64,000 bases of DNA from the human T2T-CHM13v2.0 reference genome, Homo sapiens: the NCBI RefSeq assembly GCF_009914755.1, contig NC_060932.1; one strand, written 5' to 3'. Made by a program: the position numbers and the translations under genes. Below the pieces are notes generated by a model. The model was not told the DNA's origin, searched no databases, and saw only the letters and a list, made by a program, of their open reading frames with translations. Below, one piece after another: positions 14,146-27,123 of this stretch; positions within the stretch are counted from its first letter, which is position 1; the number at the start of each line of letters is the position of its first letter.

Positions 14146-15584
14146 AAAACCTTAGAAATATACCTGGTGTTCTATTCTGCATGGCTAAGATGGACCTCAA
14201 ACTACAAGGCAATGCCCTTTCCACTTTTCCCTCCCCTTTTTACAGGCAGGGGAGTTCTGCCAGGCTACCACCAATATTCACTTAAAGTCCAAGGGCTCTT
14301 CAGTGTGCTTGTGGTGAATGCTGCCAGGCCTTGGAGTCATTCTTCAGGGCAGTGGGCTCCCTTCTACTACAGGACAGGTTCAGAAATGTCCAAGAGTCTA
14401 GGCCTGGATTTAGCCACCACAATAGCCTGCTTGGTGCTCTACCCCATTGTGGCTGAGCTGGTTTCTAGGGTGTGAGACAAAGTCCCCTTCATTTTTTCCT
14501 CGCTTTTCTCAAGCAAAAGGATTCTTTCACCCTAGTCACAACAGCTGGAAATGTACTAGGTCTCACCTGAAGCCAGCATGTCTTAGGGTGTCACCAAAGG
14601 CCATGGCATACGAACAAGGTATCCCTGCAGGTTATTCAGGGCCCAAAGGTTCTTTAGTCAGCAGGTGATGAATTGTCCCCAGACTGGGTCCCTCCCTTCA
14701 AGGCAGTGGGTTTCCTTCTGGCCCAAGGTGTATCTAGAAATGTCTAGGAGCTAGAGCCTGGAATGTGGCCTCACAACTCTGCCCTGTGCCCTGTCCTATT
14801 ATGACTGAGCTGATATGCAAGATTTAAGACAAAGTCCTGTTTACTCTTCCTGCTCCTGTCTTGAAGCAGAATGAAGGAGTCACTTTCATTTCTGTGAGCT
14901 GCACAGCCTGAGGTTAGGGGAGGGGTGGTGCAAGCCCTCCCTTAGCTGCCTTGGCTGGTATCTCCCTAGGTCAGGTGTTTCCCTGTTCCACTGGCTCTAA
15001 GCCCAGCCTAGCACTAGGAATTCCATAGGAATGTCAGTCCTTGTGGCTTAGACTGCCTTTCAACTTTACTTAGGATGCTGGAGCATTTTAGACTGCAGTG
15101 GTGAGGCTTGCCAAAACTCAAGTTCTGATATCTGGGATGGGTAATTCCTTTCTGGCTGCTCCGAATGCTCCTTCCATGGGCAGGAACCAGCTGAGCAACA
15201 GTCTTTGGTCTTTATTGTGACAGTGCAGCAAAACAGTTCAATGGCAAGCCCGCCAGTCGCTGTGCTAGTCTTCCCCCAAGTGCACAGATTCTCTCTTCAC
15301 ACCATGAAGCCACTGCTAGAGGATGGGGGAGGGGTGGTCTCAGTGATTCAAAATTTTCTTTTCTATCCTCTTCAGTACTTTCTCAACAATATGAAGTTAA
15401 AGCCAGGTACTGTTATTGTTCACCTGATTTTTGGTTCTTTCAATCGTGCTATTTGATGTGTGGTTGTTGGTTAAAATTTGGTGCTTCTGTTGGGGAGAGG
15501 GGATTATCCACGGAGGCTTTTATTCAGCCATCTTGCTCTGACCTAACTGAAAAAAATAAAATAACACAAAAATAAAATAAAAAC

Positions 15585-15820
15585 ATCTGTCATATTTTTG
15601 TCCTTGATTCTATTTATGTGATATATTATGTCTGTTGATTGGTATATGTTGAACCATGTTTGCATCCCTTTGGTGAATCCCACTTGATCATGGTGAGTGA
15701 TCTTTTTGATGTGTATTTGAATTTCCTTTGCTAGTATTTTGTTGAGAGTTTTTGCATTGGTGTTCATCATAGCTATTAGCCTGTAGTTTTCTTTTCTTTG
15801 TTGTTGTTGTGTCCTTGTTT
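15585..15820 (-). mobile_element. Resumed ORF2 (RT) of the middle L1MA element
   Basis: ORF 15543-15770 [15 protein letters not shown]...[17 protein letters not shown] is a second copy of the RT segment also present at 9671-9943. Confidence 0.85.
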
Positions 15821-18800
15821 TTATTCGAAGTAATTTTGTCTACTCTGGAATCTTGCTCTTTCTAAACAGAAAGTTAGAAACACGTGAACAACTTGTAGAC
15901 TTATTCAAGAGTAGTTGGGTATTTTTGAAATTGCATTGAATCTTTATATTTAGGAAAGTTGACATATTATGAATATTGAGTCTTGAGATCCATGAAGATA
16001 GGTTAGCTCTCTACCTTTCTTAGAACTTTAAAAATTTCTCTTAGAAACCATTCTAGTTTCCAGTGTATACATATCATGCATACTTTATCAGATTTATTCC
16101 TAAGTACCTCATATTTTTAATGTTAATATAAATGACAAATTTTTGATTTTTATATTGATTTAGTTTCCTGCATTATTTCTAAAATGACTTCTAAGATGTA
16201 GGAACAATAGACAATTATGTTATCTACATAAATATAAATATTTTGAATTCTTTATTTCATTTTGGATACATTTTATTTCTTTTTAATAATTCATGGCACT
16301 GTGAGATTCTCCAGTATAATGCAGAATGTAACTGATAAACACATACCTTGTATCTGATCATAGGGGAAATCATTAAATATTTCAACATTAAATATGTTAA
16401 TAGCTAGATGTTTTTCATAAATGTTCTTTAGCATGTTGATGAAATACCTTTCTGTTACTAGTTTGTTAAAAATTTTAATCAGAATAAATGTTCAACTGTG
16501 TTAAATGCCTTTTCTGTGACTATTAATAAATATACTGTGCCTTATGCCTTTTTTTTATTTCTATCAATATGCTATGTTCTATTAATGTATTGTTAGATAT
16601 GAAACCAAGTTTGAATTTTGCGAATATATCCCAGTTAATCATAATGTTTTTATCCTTTTTATTTATTGTTGGACTCAATTTTCTAAAATAAGAAAATTTA
16701 AGAAATTTTTCAACTGTGTTTCTGAGAGACATTGATATGCAGATTTCTCTGCTTTTAACGTCTCTCAAAAAAATCAAATTCGATATGTTACATTTTATTT
16801 ACATTGCCCTTCAAGATCGTTTCTAACTTATTTTTTACTTTTTATTTTACATGTGAATATTTGGAAGTATTATTTAATTTTCATATATTTGGGAATGTAT
16901 ATGATCTGGTATCAGAGTAATGGTAGCTTTGTAGATTGAATGAGAAAGCATTTACGCTTCCTAAATTTTCTGGAGAAGTTTGTGTAGGATGGGTTTTATT
17001 TATTCATTATCTGGCAAAAATCTCCCAGTTAAGCTATCTAGTCCTGGAATTTGATTTATATGTAGGGTTTTAACTATTTTTTTTTTGTTCTTTTAAAAGT
17101 ACAGAGCTATTCAAGTTATCAAATTTATTTTTGAGTAAGCTTTGGTATTTTGTGTCTTTCTAGGAATTCATGCATTTCATTTTACTTATTTAAGTCATTG
17201 GTATATATTTATTTGTAATATTCTCTTATAATACTTTAACGTTTCTTCTTGCTTTTCAATTTTGGTAATCTGTGACTTTTTATTCTTTCCCTCTCTCTTT
17301 TTTGTAATTTATCAGTCAACATAAAGCCTTATCAATTTTGTTGATTTTTCCAAAGAACCACATTTGATTTCTGTGACTTCTTCGTTGTCTTTCTTTCTTT
17401 ATTTTTTACTGTTTTTCATTCCAATATTTATTTATGGATATTTATTATTTTCTTCCTTCTTTTGGCTTTCTGTTTAATTTACTCTTCTTTTTTAGCTTAT
17501 TGAAATGTAACATAAGTTTTACATCTTTCAGCCTAACATATGTTTTAAAGGTATGAATTTTTTCTGAAATAATGCTTTACTGCATCTCATTGAATTTGAT
17601 GTTATACTTTCCCTTATAAACTCATTCATGGTAGTTTCTTAATTTGCCTGTAATTTATTTCTTCTACACTTGTCTATTTAGAAGAGTGGTGTTGTTTAAT
17701 TTTCACGTTTTTGGAGCTCCCCTATTTTATTTATTTTTTAAGTATTTCTAATTTAATTATGTTTTTAGTCAGAGAACATATTTCACGTGATTACAAATCT
17801 TTCAATTTTACTGGCATCCATGTTACTTTTCCTGGATCATGTTGCAGGGATTTTTATAAAACATGGATATGTACTCTGCTATTTTGGAATCAATAGTATT
17901 TTTCAAATGTCAAGTATGTCAAACTGACTGATAGTTTTGTTCAGGTTTTCTATATTTCTATTGACTATTCAGTTAGTTTTTCTATCAATTATTATGAGAG
18001 TAATACGTAAATCTCCAACTCTCATTTAAAAATTTTTTTTCTTTGAATTTTGTCTTATTTTGTTTCATTATATATTGTGTTTCTGTTGTTAGGTACTTAT
18101 ATATTTATAACTGTTATGTATTCAAAATATATTGACATTTGTGTCATCATGAAATGTCGTTCTTTTTCTGTATAATATTTCTTGGCTTAAAATCTATTTT
18201 CTATGATGTCAATATTGCTTTTCCATCTCTCTTATGGTTGCTATTTTCTTGGCATATTATTTTCTAATCTTTTAGCTTCAATCTGTTTTCCAATGGTAAA
18301 TCAAATGCACATTTGTTCCAGTCAGAATAAACTTGGGTTATGTGTGTTTTTTTAAATTCAGACTGACAATATCTACCATTTGATTAAGGTGTTTCAGTCA
18401 ATCACATTTGAAATAATTATGGATATGCTTAGATGTATGCCTGCAATTCTGCTATTTTTTCTAGATGTTTTATGTCTTTTTAATTTTCTATTTCTTTTTA
18501 CTGCCTAAGTTATATTAAAGAGATAGCTTCAATGTAGTGCTTTAATTTGTCTGTTGATTTTTTAACTATATATTTTGATTTTTGAAAAAGATTGCTCTTG
18601 GGAATCACATATGCATCTTTAAGTGATCATAATCCACTTCAATTTTATACTGATTTAATTTTGGAATTATATAAATATTTTGCTGCATTGCAGTATAGAT
18701 CTATTTCAAACTATTGTTTTTCATATTACATGCATGTATAAACTCAACAGTCCAGGATTATTCATGTTTTAAGCAATCTCATTCTTTAAGTTATTAAAAC

Positions 18801-20650
18801 AGAAAAGTTCCTTTTTTAATAAAAATAAGTAACAGCTTAATTATCCTTTTCTTTCCTGTGAATACAAGTTACTGCCTGGCATTAGTTTTCGTTTCTCACA
18901 CTGTCGGACTTCGTTAAGTATTTCATGTGGGGAATATTTTGTAGCTGTGAATTCTCTCACTTCTTGTTTATCTGGTAAAGTATTTTGTTGTTGCTTCTGA
19001 AGGATAGTTTTATTAGAAATTGAAATCTTTGTTGACCTTTTTTGTTTGTATCATTCAACACTTTAAATGTCACTCCAGTCTTCTGGCATTCATTTTCTGA
19101 TATAAAGTTAGCTGTTACACATATTGATACTTTCCTATATTTGATAAATGTTTTTTTGCTTTCAGTATTTTCTTTTATCTTTGTCTTCCAGAAGTTTAAT
19201 ATTCCTAGCTGTACATCTCTTTGTGTTTATTCCACTTGAGACTTCTTGAATTTCTTGAATCTCCAGATTAATGTTGTTCCTTGAGTTTTTAAAGTTGTCA
19301 ATTATTTCTTTGAATAATAATGTTATTCTCCCTCTTCTCTCTCCTTTCTGCCTTAGACTATCAATACACATGTTGATATGCTTAACACTTTTCCAAAGGT
19401 CTCTAAACCTGTCCATTTCTTCAATCCATTATTCATTCTGCCTTTCAGATTGGATAATTTCTATTAATCTATCTTTTAGTTTACTAATTATTTTTCCTGG
19501 CTGTTTTCTATTCTTTTCTACTCTAAAAGTTTCATTTGTTTCTTATTTTTAAATTTCTGTTTCTCTATTGAAGTTGTCTATTTGTTGAGTCATTGCTATA
19601 ATAAATTATTTGAACATATTTAGAAAACTTCTGTAAGTTTTTGTTTGCTAAACAAAACTTGTTTTTTCATCCAGAGTCAGTTTCTATCAACTGCTTCTTT
19701 TTTCCCCCAGAAATGAATCTCACTTTCTTCTTCGTTTTCTTGTTTGATACTCTTTCGTTGAAAATTGGACATTTTAGATAATAAACGTTACCAATTCTGG
19801 ATTTTTGTCTGAAAATTTTTAATTGTGTCTTATTGTAATATGCCTGAGCAGTAGCTGTAGGATCTGTCTCCCTTGTGGTGTGCAGCCACTGATGTCTATG
19901 TATTTTAATTCTTATTTTTATTTTTTGCTTGACTTCCTTGGGCCCAGTTCTCTATTTTAATGGCTAGCCAATGATTTGGAAGGAGGTTCTGTGAAGACAT
20001 CTTACACCCATAGGATTCCACTATCTACTGATCAATCTGTTCAGGTTGAGGTGTGTATTCAAAGTGCAGCCAGTTCTCAAGTTCTACTTGGCTTCCTCCC
20101 CACTGTGATTTGGGGGCTCTTTTCTCTGCATGTGCATAGCTTCCTACTCAGCCAGGTGTATGTGGAAAACTCATTTAGGCCTTATTTGACTTTCTCATTT
20201 CTAGGGTCAACCTGTTAAATTTGTCAGTGTCTGACAATTTCCCCAGTAAGCATCACAACTGCACTGTACCAAACTGTGAATTGTGGCCATTTGTAAACTA
20301 CCAAATTTGTTATTTCAGTTGTCAAAGCCACAAGTTTATGCTACTCACTCCTATTTGATTCCATGCCATCAGATATCAAAGTTGTTGGGTTTCGTGTCAT
20401 GTTCATGTGAACAAAGTAAGTAATTTCATCGACCGCTGAGAGTAGGGGTGGAAAATGGGAATAAAATGAGGTAGTAAGACCATAAACTCCTACTGTTCTT
20501 ACCCAAAGTTATAGCAGTTTTTGAAAGACAACACTTCTCAATTTATAGTCTGCATTAGGTTGACTATGAAGTTCCCAAATCATTGTTCGTGACTGTTTAT
20601 TTTTCAGCTTTATATTTGTTTTATGTGATTAGGATTTCTTTTTCGTATCA
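15820..20650 (-). mobile_element. Resumed outermost old L1M: ORF2, ORF1 and 5' region
   Basis: Continues the ORF2 antisense sequence from where 6440 stopped; ORF1 remnant 19162-19416 (RDLWKSVKHINMCI...LFKEII...INLEIQE); heavily diverged. Confidence 0.8.
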
Positions 20651-20664
20651 TTCACTTCATGACA

Positions 20665-21149
20665 CTGGTAGATAAGAAATAGCAAAAAAAAATTAAACTT
20701 TTAACTTAAGGATATTAAAATTAAGGAACTGTTTAAAAATGCATGGAACTTTTTTTGAGAAACTAAAAAGATTATATATAGTCACGAGGGAGGCACTAAC
20801 TCGGCCTGAAGAGGAAAGGAAAGGGAACTGTTATATTAATTATTAAACAGTGGTTATATGTACAAGAATGCCTGAGAGGAGATGTATCCTTTGGCAAAGG
20901 GTCCTGTTCCAACCTTAGCAGTCTCTGCAGGGACAGAGTTAGAAAATATACAGCATCATCTCACTCTCCTTCTTCCCTTTGCCTCTGAGTAGTTTCTCTG
21001 ATAGAAGGACTTCAACAGGAAGCTACAGGGCAAGGACATTTCTTCGTGAGCTGCATAAAAGTGAGAATCCCAGACAGAGAACAGAGGGTAGGAGGATTAA
21101 AATTATAGTTAGTGTGGGGAGGGGTAGGGAACTGTAGATACACAGCATA
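20665..21149 (-). mobile_element. Old ERVL-class LTR (LTR33-like)
   Basis: caacaggaagctacagggcaagg...cagagaacagagggtagg...gatacacagcata resembles a recalled LTR33 terminus. Confidence 0.5.
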
Positions 21150-21346
21150 CTTCGTAAGTACCATCATATTTGATTGTTTTCACTGCTGGATTATAATCGA
21201 TTTGCTGGAAATTTTTATTCAGAAAAAAGGCATAAAATAAGTGACTATGATATTTATTCTATTATACACCATAGTAAATTTATATTTAAAAGCATTGAAG
21301 AATGTATTTTGCTTTTACTACTGTGATACCCTTAATATGTTGAATA

Positions 21347-21468
21347 AGCCAAGTGTGGTGGTACATGCTTATAGTCCCAGCCACTTAAGGAGGCTGAGGT
21401 AGTAGAATTGCTGGAGTCCAAGAGTTTCAGTTTAGTCTGGGCAACACGGAGAGACTCCGTTTTTTAAA
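21347..21468 (+). mobile_element. FLAM/FAM Alu monomer
   Basis: Single arm: gtggtggtacatgcttatagtcccagc...gtttcagtttagtctgggcaacac; its tail continues at 21765-21798. Confidence 0.8.
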
Positions 21469-21764
21469 TTTACTTTAATTTAATTTTTTTTGAGTCAGGG
21501 TCTCACTCTGTCACCCAGTCTGGAGTGCAGTGGAATGATCTTGGCTCACCACACCCTTGACCTCCTGGGTTCAAACAATCCTCCTACCTCAGCCTCCTCC
21601 ATAGCTGGGACTACAGGCATTTGCCACCATGTACAGCTATTTTTTGTGGAGACTGGGTCTCCCCATGTTGTCCAGGCTGATCTCGAACTCCTGGGTTCAA
21701 ACGGTTCATCTGCCTCGGCCTCCCAAAGTGCTGGGATTGCAGGTGTGAGCCACCACACCCGGAC
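21469..21764 (-). mobile_element. AluJ inserted antisense into the 3' end of the FLAM
   Basis: Alu dimer reverse complement with J-type features (cagggtctcactctg, gacctcctgggttcaaacaatcctcc). Confidence 0.92.
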
Positions 21765-23339
21765 AAGACCCTGTCTTTAAAACAAACAAACAAAAAAATC
21801 TGAAGCACATGTGAGAGCATAATGTTCATTGTAGTAACTTTACAGCAAATAAAATTAATGCCTAATATTGTATTTTGTAATCACCTTGTCAACCTTTGTG
21901 CTTTCTAAGAGTTTTTGAAAACCTTTATCTCCATAGTAACAGCTGGAAGATTTTTCTAATGTAGTGAAATATACAGGATCTTTTACACATTCTTCATGCA
22001 CAGAAAAAAAGTATTTCATTTAAAAATGTCTTTAGATCTAGTAGAATCCTTGACTACTATATGAATGCTCTAAAATGTACTCACTTGTGTTACTAAACAT
22101 ATAATTTTATTAAAATGCTTTCTCTAAATTTCTCTTCATAATACATTACATTTCAAGTAAAAGGAGAGAGAATTCAGCTATTCTCCTTTGTCACTTTTCA
22201 TTAATTCTGTAATATGTTAGACTATATATTAGAAAAGAATGTTCCACCTTCAGTTTTCTATGTGAAATCAGTGTGATATTAGGAAGTAGACAGTAGGCTA
22301 GCAGTTGGAAAATTAGAGTCATAGTTATGTTCCCTACTATGCCTATGACGTTAAAAAGTTCTGGTGTATGTGCTTTACTATGTATATCTGACTTATTTTC
22401 TATATTAACTTGAATACAAAGCCAAGATTTCTAACTGATTAAATAGAAGTCCAAGTAGGTGAATTTTTCAGGACGTAAGAGCAATAGAGTCGTGGGCAGT
22501 TTCAGGTAGCCATTTAGAGTCTGGACTCTATAGGTGTAGCATTTACCTTACTAGCAGTTGCACATGGAGACATGAATATCTTGCAGCAGATGTGATTCAG
22601 AAATGCAAGCAATAATTTAGTTGCAGAGTTCAATTCTTCGGTGGTTAAAGAAATCGGTAATAAGATGAAAGCCAAGTGTACAGGAAAAAAAACACTAGCC
22701 AGGATTACTGAGGTTACCAAGGCTGCTTCTTAGACATATAAGACAAAAAGTGCCCCACTTACTAATTGAAGAAGAAGGAGAAGAGCATCTGTTAAAATCC
22801 AAGAGCAATATTAGAATTCAATAATAGAAACATTGCAAAGTTTATGGTGAGTCTCCCTTTCCTGCTAGAGTGCAATTCAAATCAATGTTTTCTGCATATA
22901 GAATGCATATGAAAGACTTGGGTGAAGTTCGTTTTAAGCCTGTTGTGGTGAGACTAGAAACGTAGGGTATTGATGGCTCAAAATTTCCTGAGTTTAGGGT
23001 ACCTTTATTTTGAAATTTGGAACAAGTAAAATATGTGTCTTCCAACAAAACATAGAATGTGTGCCTTGAACTGATGTATTTATCACCAGGAATGCCCTTA
23101 GAGGGCAATGATAAATTGCAATAACACTTTTGAAAATTCAAAAGAAATAATATGAATTTAATAATTTAAGTTTTAATTATGATCAGGTGAAGTACAGAGA
23201 CAGAATGCAGGAAGATACATTTTAGCTATACTCTTTCATATTCTAATGAATTGATGAATACAGATATTTTGGGAAGCACAGATATCATCATTTACATTTA
23301 ATTAATCTGCTTATGTTTATAAAAACATATGTTATTCAA

Positions 23340-23820
23340 AATACACATACATGGCTGGTGAGTGTGAATTGTTATATAACTTTTGGAGGGTAGTTTTGTG
23401 CTGAGTATCAGATTTTAAATTGCACACACCATTTTTTCCAACTCTTCTTTTTAGAAGAAGTTTTTTAACAAAATATTACATGTAATAGAAAAATGAAGAC
23501 AACATAATTGTCTTCATTATAGGAACGATAACATAAATTTGTACAATCACTCCATAGATTATACCAAAATCCTTGAGTAGGTCTATATGTGTAAAAATAA
23601 AAGTTGTAAAATAAAACACTCACACATTCACAAAATAATTCCATCTGTTTATGTCTTGTTATGCCTATGAACACAAGTTTTGATTCAACTTTTAGAATGA
23701 TGTCTATGAGATTGTACACCCTGAGTGGTCCTAAAACAGACACTGGAGCTGGAGGAGAGAAAGAACTAAGCTTCCATATTTTATTTTGTGTATTTTTATA
23801 TGTTTGACTTATTTTTAATC
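23340..23820 (+). mobile_element. Very old L1ME 3' region fragments
   Basis: gctggtgagtgtgaattgttatataacttttggagggtagtttt resembles the L1 ORF2 end/3' UTR. Confidence 0.4.
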
Positions 23821-24645
23821 AACATTTATTTAGATATTATTTAATGACTTAAGAAACAATTGAAAATAATAACATATTACATACAATTTATTACAAAGGA
23901 ATAAGAAAAATTAGATGGGATATATATTTTTTGTGGCATTGTGATTCTTACAGTTTCAAGTAAATTGTAACTCAATTATATTTTGAGAAAATGTGAACAT
24001 ATTTCTGAAACATAGAAAAGCATTCAATATTAAGCTTGAAATAGTTTCTTTCTAGATAAGAAGGCCTACAATTCCTACAGAAGGAGAATTATACCATTTA
24101 CAGTAGCAAGGAATCAAGAGATCATTTTATTTTACCATCTAAGGAAAATTTCTGGGTTGCTAATTTTACTTTATCTAAAAAAAAGAAATTGGATATCTAA
24201 TGGTAGATTTAATTGGAGTATGTTGTGACAAATTGACGTATAGTAGAATGCTATGATAACATTTGTAGTTATTTTTAACTACTCAATGAGCAATGACCTA
24301 TGTTGAAATTTGCATTTTAATTATACAATCATACCCACAGAAGCATGAGTAAATTTTAATTATAGTTTGAACAATATGCACATTTAGAAGAATGGCTAAA
24401 ATGGATGTGCTTTATATGTATTTGTGTCAATTATTGAAAATGAAATTTCAAAAAATAAAATTTATTTGGATTTCTTACATTCCATAAAATAATTCATTTT
24501 GTTCCATTAGCAAAACCATGAATGCATTATACATACCAATGCATATGTTAAATATATCAAAATATTAATTATTACTTAATACAATTATTTTAAACATTTC
24601 TGATTATGTAATGTTTTAAGATAATCAGGGGTTTCAAGAAGTAGT

Positions 24646-24960
24646 TTTTTCTTTTTTTTTTTTTTTTGAGACGGAGTCTCACTCTGTCGCCCAGGCTGGA
24701 GTACAGTGGTGCGACCTCGGCTCACTCCAAGCTCTGCCTCCTGGGTTCAAGCCATTCTCCTGCCTCAGCCTCCCGAGTAGCTAGGACTACCCGCGCCTGA
24801 CACCATGCCCAGCTAATTTTTTGTTTGTTTGTTTGTTTTTGTATTTTTAGTAGAGACGGGGTTTCACCAGTTTAGCCAGGATGGTCTCGATCTCTTGACC
24901 TCATGATCTGCCTGCCTCGGCCTCCCAAAGTGCTGGGATTACAGGCATGAGCCACCGTGC
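24646..24960 (-). mobile_element. AluY/Sc-like element
   Basis: caagctctgcctcc, gccattctcc and tagccaggatggtctcgatctc are Y/Sc-lineage diagnostics. Confidence 0.95.
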
Positions 24961-25344
24961 TTCCTTAGAAAATTAGAAGTTAATGAATATTGAATAGTTG
25001 CTGATATTTCTTAGAAGAAAAAAAGTATAGCAGCTGAATGGAACTGTGGCTGGAATAAGAAACATGGAAGCAAATACTTATCAGCTTATTTTGACATTTA
25101 GTTTAATTAAAGCATCTTAGGATTTCCATGGGGAGAAAACTATTCTGCTGTACTTTCTATAAAGACCTTGAAAAAGCAGGATGAGGAGGAAGCATAACCG
25201 AATACAGAGACAGTCGACAACATGTTTCTACTAGGTGACCAGGGACTTGTTGGAAGTAGAGGGATAAGAAATCATCATGCCATAGGAACTCTACAAAAGC
25301 TTCCAGTCACTCTTAGAATAATGTTCAAAGCCTTTACAAGAAAG

Positions 25345-25549
25345 CATCAGAGTGCATCAAGAGACAGAAATCACACCAGTTATTTAACTAGAGAGAACTT
25401 AATGTAAAGAATTTTACCTAGATATATAACATGTTAAATACGTAACTGAAAAGGTGAAAAGACACAGCTGACTTGTGTGCCACAAAAATAGCAGCTGTAG
25501 GAAACAGACACCACATCTGGGGCTGCAAAGATACAGGAAAGAGGCAACG
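25345..25549 (-). mobile_element. Old ERVL-class LTR fragment (probably continues at ~26000-26340)
   Basis: caagagacagaaatcacaccagttatttaactagagagaacttaatgtaaagaatt resembles an old ERVL LTR terminus; family uncertain. Confidence 0.4.
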
Positions 25550-25935
25550 CATTTGTCAGTGTTCTCCAGAGAAACAGAACCATGGCACATACTGATCAAT
25601 CAATCACTTGATCCAGACAAATTTTAAGAAATTGGCTTATGTGAGTATTGAGCAAGTGTGAAACCTGTAAAACAGGCCAGCAGACAGAAAGTGGAGGCAG
25701 AATTCCTGTATTAAGGCTTGAGACACAATTTCTTCTTCTCCAGGAGTTCTCAGTTTTTGCTCTTACAACCTTTATGTGGTTTGAAGAGCCCTGCCACATT
25801 ATTAAGAGTAACTTGCTTTACTTAGTCAACTGATTGTAAATGTTAATCACATATACAAAATAGTTTCACAGCAACATCTGCTCTACGGTTTGACCAAACA
25901 GCTAGCCCAGATGACATATAAAATTAACTGTTACA
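25550..25935 (-). mobile_element. MLT2-type (ERVL) solo LTR
   Basis: gttctccagagaaacagaacc...aagaaattggctt...gtcaactgattgtaaatgttaatcacat...ataaaattaactgttaca. Confidence 0.85.
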
Positions 25936-26559
25936 GTAAGAATAATTAAAAGAATAATTAAAACATAAAACCTTAGATAAAGTGTTTTAAGGAAATGAGA
26001 TTCGGGCTTCTAAGAAAGAGAAGTCGGTACTTAGCTAGTGCTGGTGTCCCTGAGCTCAGAGAAGGGACTTTATGGGTCAGGGTCATAGACTTGTGTAAAG
26101 GGCCACTGACACTATCCCTGAGATGAGCATACAATGAACTGGGTTCTGAAAATGTGGAAAAAAGCAAGAACAGGATTCAGCTGCTGCTACAGAAAGGAAT
26201 TGCCACTGACAAGGTGAAAAAGCCTTGCTGGAGTGATGCTCACAGGAAGCACGAGCAGGCAGGAAGCCACAGGCAGGCAATAGGACATGGATGAGAACAA
26301 CCAAGTCCTTTTTCACTCTTTCAGTCTCTCTCTTGAGCCCTCCCCCTCAGCTTCTCAGAGTGCACACAGCCAAAGCCAATCAACAAGATGTCACCAGTGT
26401 AGTGGACCTGTGTTTCATGTGCAGAATGATTAGATAATTGTGCCTTTCTGTGGAACATATTACAGAAAATGCAGGAGCATTAACAGACCAGAGGCAGGAT
26501 TGTGGCAGATTTACTCCGTAAGGCTTTAAATACCCTGCCTTCTGCATATCACTCAGCAT

Positions 26560-27030
26560 TAGTGCTTAACTATTCTCTTCCTCCGTCACGCAAGCCCCAG
26601 CTGTAGTGATCTACTTGCTACCCATCTACACAACAGCTGCATTCCCAACTCAGGGATGTGGCATTTGCTTTTGCCTCAGCTCATAAAGCTTTTCTATCAG
26701 ACAGGAACTTGATTCAGTCACTTGCTTCATTTGTTTCTCAGCAAATGTCACCCCTAAGCTACATTTTTCCAGATACTGTATCTGAGATATCATCTCTATT
26801 GTCCTGTGATTGTTTATCTCACTCATCCTGTTTTACTACTCCGCATAACACTTATCACTGCCTGAAACCACAGTATACATCCATTTACTCCTTTATTGTT
26901 TACTTGACCTGCAAGAATACAAGCTTGGAAGGGAAGGAACCTGCTAATTTATGTTCACTGAACTTTGACCTATAACTGTGCTTTGCATTTTTTCAATCCT
27001 CAGTTAATTTGTTCAATGAGCAAATGAATC
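26560..27030 (+). mobile_element. L2 3' fragment
   Basis: ctcagggatgtggcatttgctttt...cagcaaatgtcacc...ttgttcaatgagcaaatgaa (L2 tail). Confidence 0.6.
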
Positions 27031-27082
27031 TTGGCATGCATAAAAGGTTAATATGACCACACCAATTAAGATCAAGTAAGCA

Positions 27083-27085
<3 letters not shown>

Positions 27086-27121
<36 letters not shown>
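27086..27121. repeat. (CA)~18 microsatellite
   Basis: Perfect dinucleotide run. Confidence 0.98.

Positions 27122-27123
<2 letters not shown>

Larger units (their letters stand above)
8691..15543 (-). mobile_element. Near full-length decayed L1 (L1MA1-3/L1M1-type) with 3' UTR stub, ORF2, ORF1 and 5' UTR; innermost L1
   Basis: 3' end taggtgtgtatatttattgggtgc...; ORF2 RT remnants 9171-9943 ([23 protein letters not shown]); ORF1 remnant 12552-13040 (ESLFKEIIIENF...IQVQEG...LAADFSVET); 5' terminus cagccatcttgctc at ~15525-15538. Confidence 0.92.

Noticed and set aside
8691-15543. Potentially active full-length L1
   Set aside because: ORF1 and ORF2 are broken by many stops, frameshifts, deletions and an Alu insertion; old subfamily
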